A DNA stretch of 64,000 nucleotides from Podarcis tiliguerta (taxonomy: Eukaryota): assembly GCA_965153285.1 (NCBI GenBank), contig OZ229118.1, one strand, 5' to 3'. Numbering within the stretch: the stretch's first letter is position 1; each line of letters begins with the position of its first letter. The notes under the pieces are model-generated. The model saw only the letters and a list, made by a program, of their open reading frames with translations, was not told the DNA's origin and did no database searches. Positions 63,401-64,000 of the stretch are shown one piece after another. The position numbers and the translations under genes were made by a program.

Positions 63401-64000
63401 GCACTGGCAATGATGGGCAGAAGCACTTCAAAATAGGTTTCCTCTTAACCAAGGCAGAAGAAGGACCTCCAGAAAAAAGTTTAACTCCGAGAAAACTCAT
63501 TTAAATTAATTAACATGACGACGTTAGGTTCATTAATTTCAATGGGTCTACTCTGAGTAAAACTTAGTTGACTACCACCCAATGGAACTTAATTTTGAGT
63601 AGACATGTATAGGATTCTGCTGTAACTGCCTTTCAAAATCTGTCTGCCACATACAAAAGATTTCAACCCAATATTAACCAGATTTCAACCAGACGAAGTA
63701 CTGTATTAATTCTAAACCAAAACTACTTTGGGTATAATTCCCAGTAGACAGCAAGTGTCACGCCGTAACTAAACCTAAAGCTTTCAATCAGGTCATCTTT
63801 AGTCATCTGTATCATCCCTTTCAACTTTATTGGTCCCCCATGGCGAACAGAATTAAAAGGTTTTATCTTAGCCAATAAAACTCATTTATTTCTACTGTAG
63901 GGGATAGGCTGAGTAACCTTAAACAGATTAAGGAAAAGCCTGCATGCTACTGCACTTCAGCAAACATCTTTATGTAGGGAGCATAAAAGCACTGACAGGG

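Overview
This is non-coding squamate reptile DNA, most likely a lacertid lizard such as Podarcis. That call is inferred from the repeat content: Sauria/Squam1 SINEs, Squam2- and Squam3-type SINEs, a tRNA-Lys/CR1-tail SINE and Bov-B. I cannot support any host protein-coding gene. Every ORF with a recognisable motif is a retroelement fragment (Rex1/Babar RT, Bov-B, L1, L2), so the window is probably intergenic or part of a large intron. It is dense in mobile elements, many with termini and target-site duplications (TSDs) readable by eye: hAT and Tigger/pogo-type MITEs, solo LTRs and truncated LINEs. The most unusual signal is a pair of divergent ~0.8-kb LTR-like elements (5083-5867 and 16458-17289). 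They lack TG..CA ends, share only a 3-4 nt core at their two junctions, and rebuild a ~55-nt hairpin when their ends are joined into a circle, with the crossover inside one arm. This fits tyrosine-recombinase (DIRS/Ngaro-like) integration through a structured att site. Also notable are a local duplication of an L1 remnant whose two copies differ by template-switch inversions, and a 270-bp foldback element. Family names come from my recall of consensus sequences, not from a database search.
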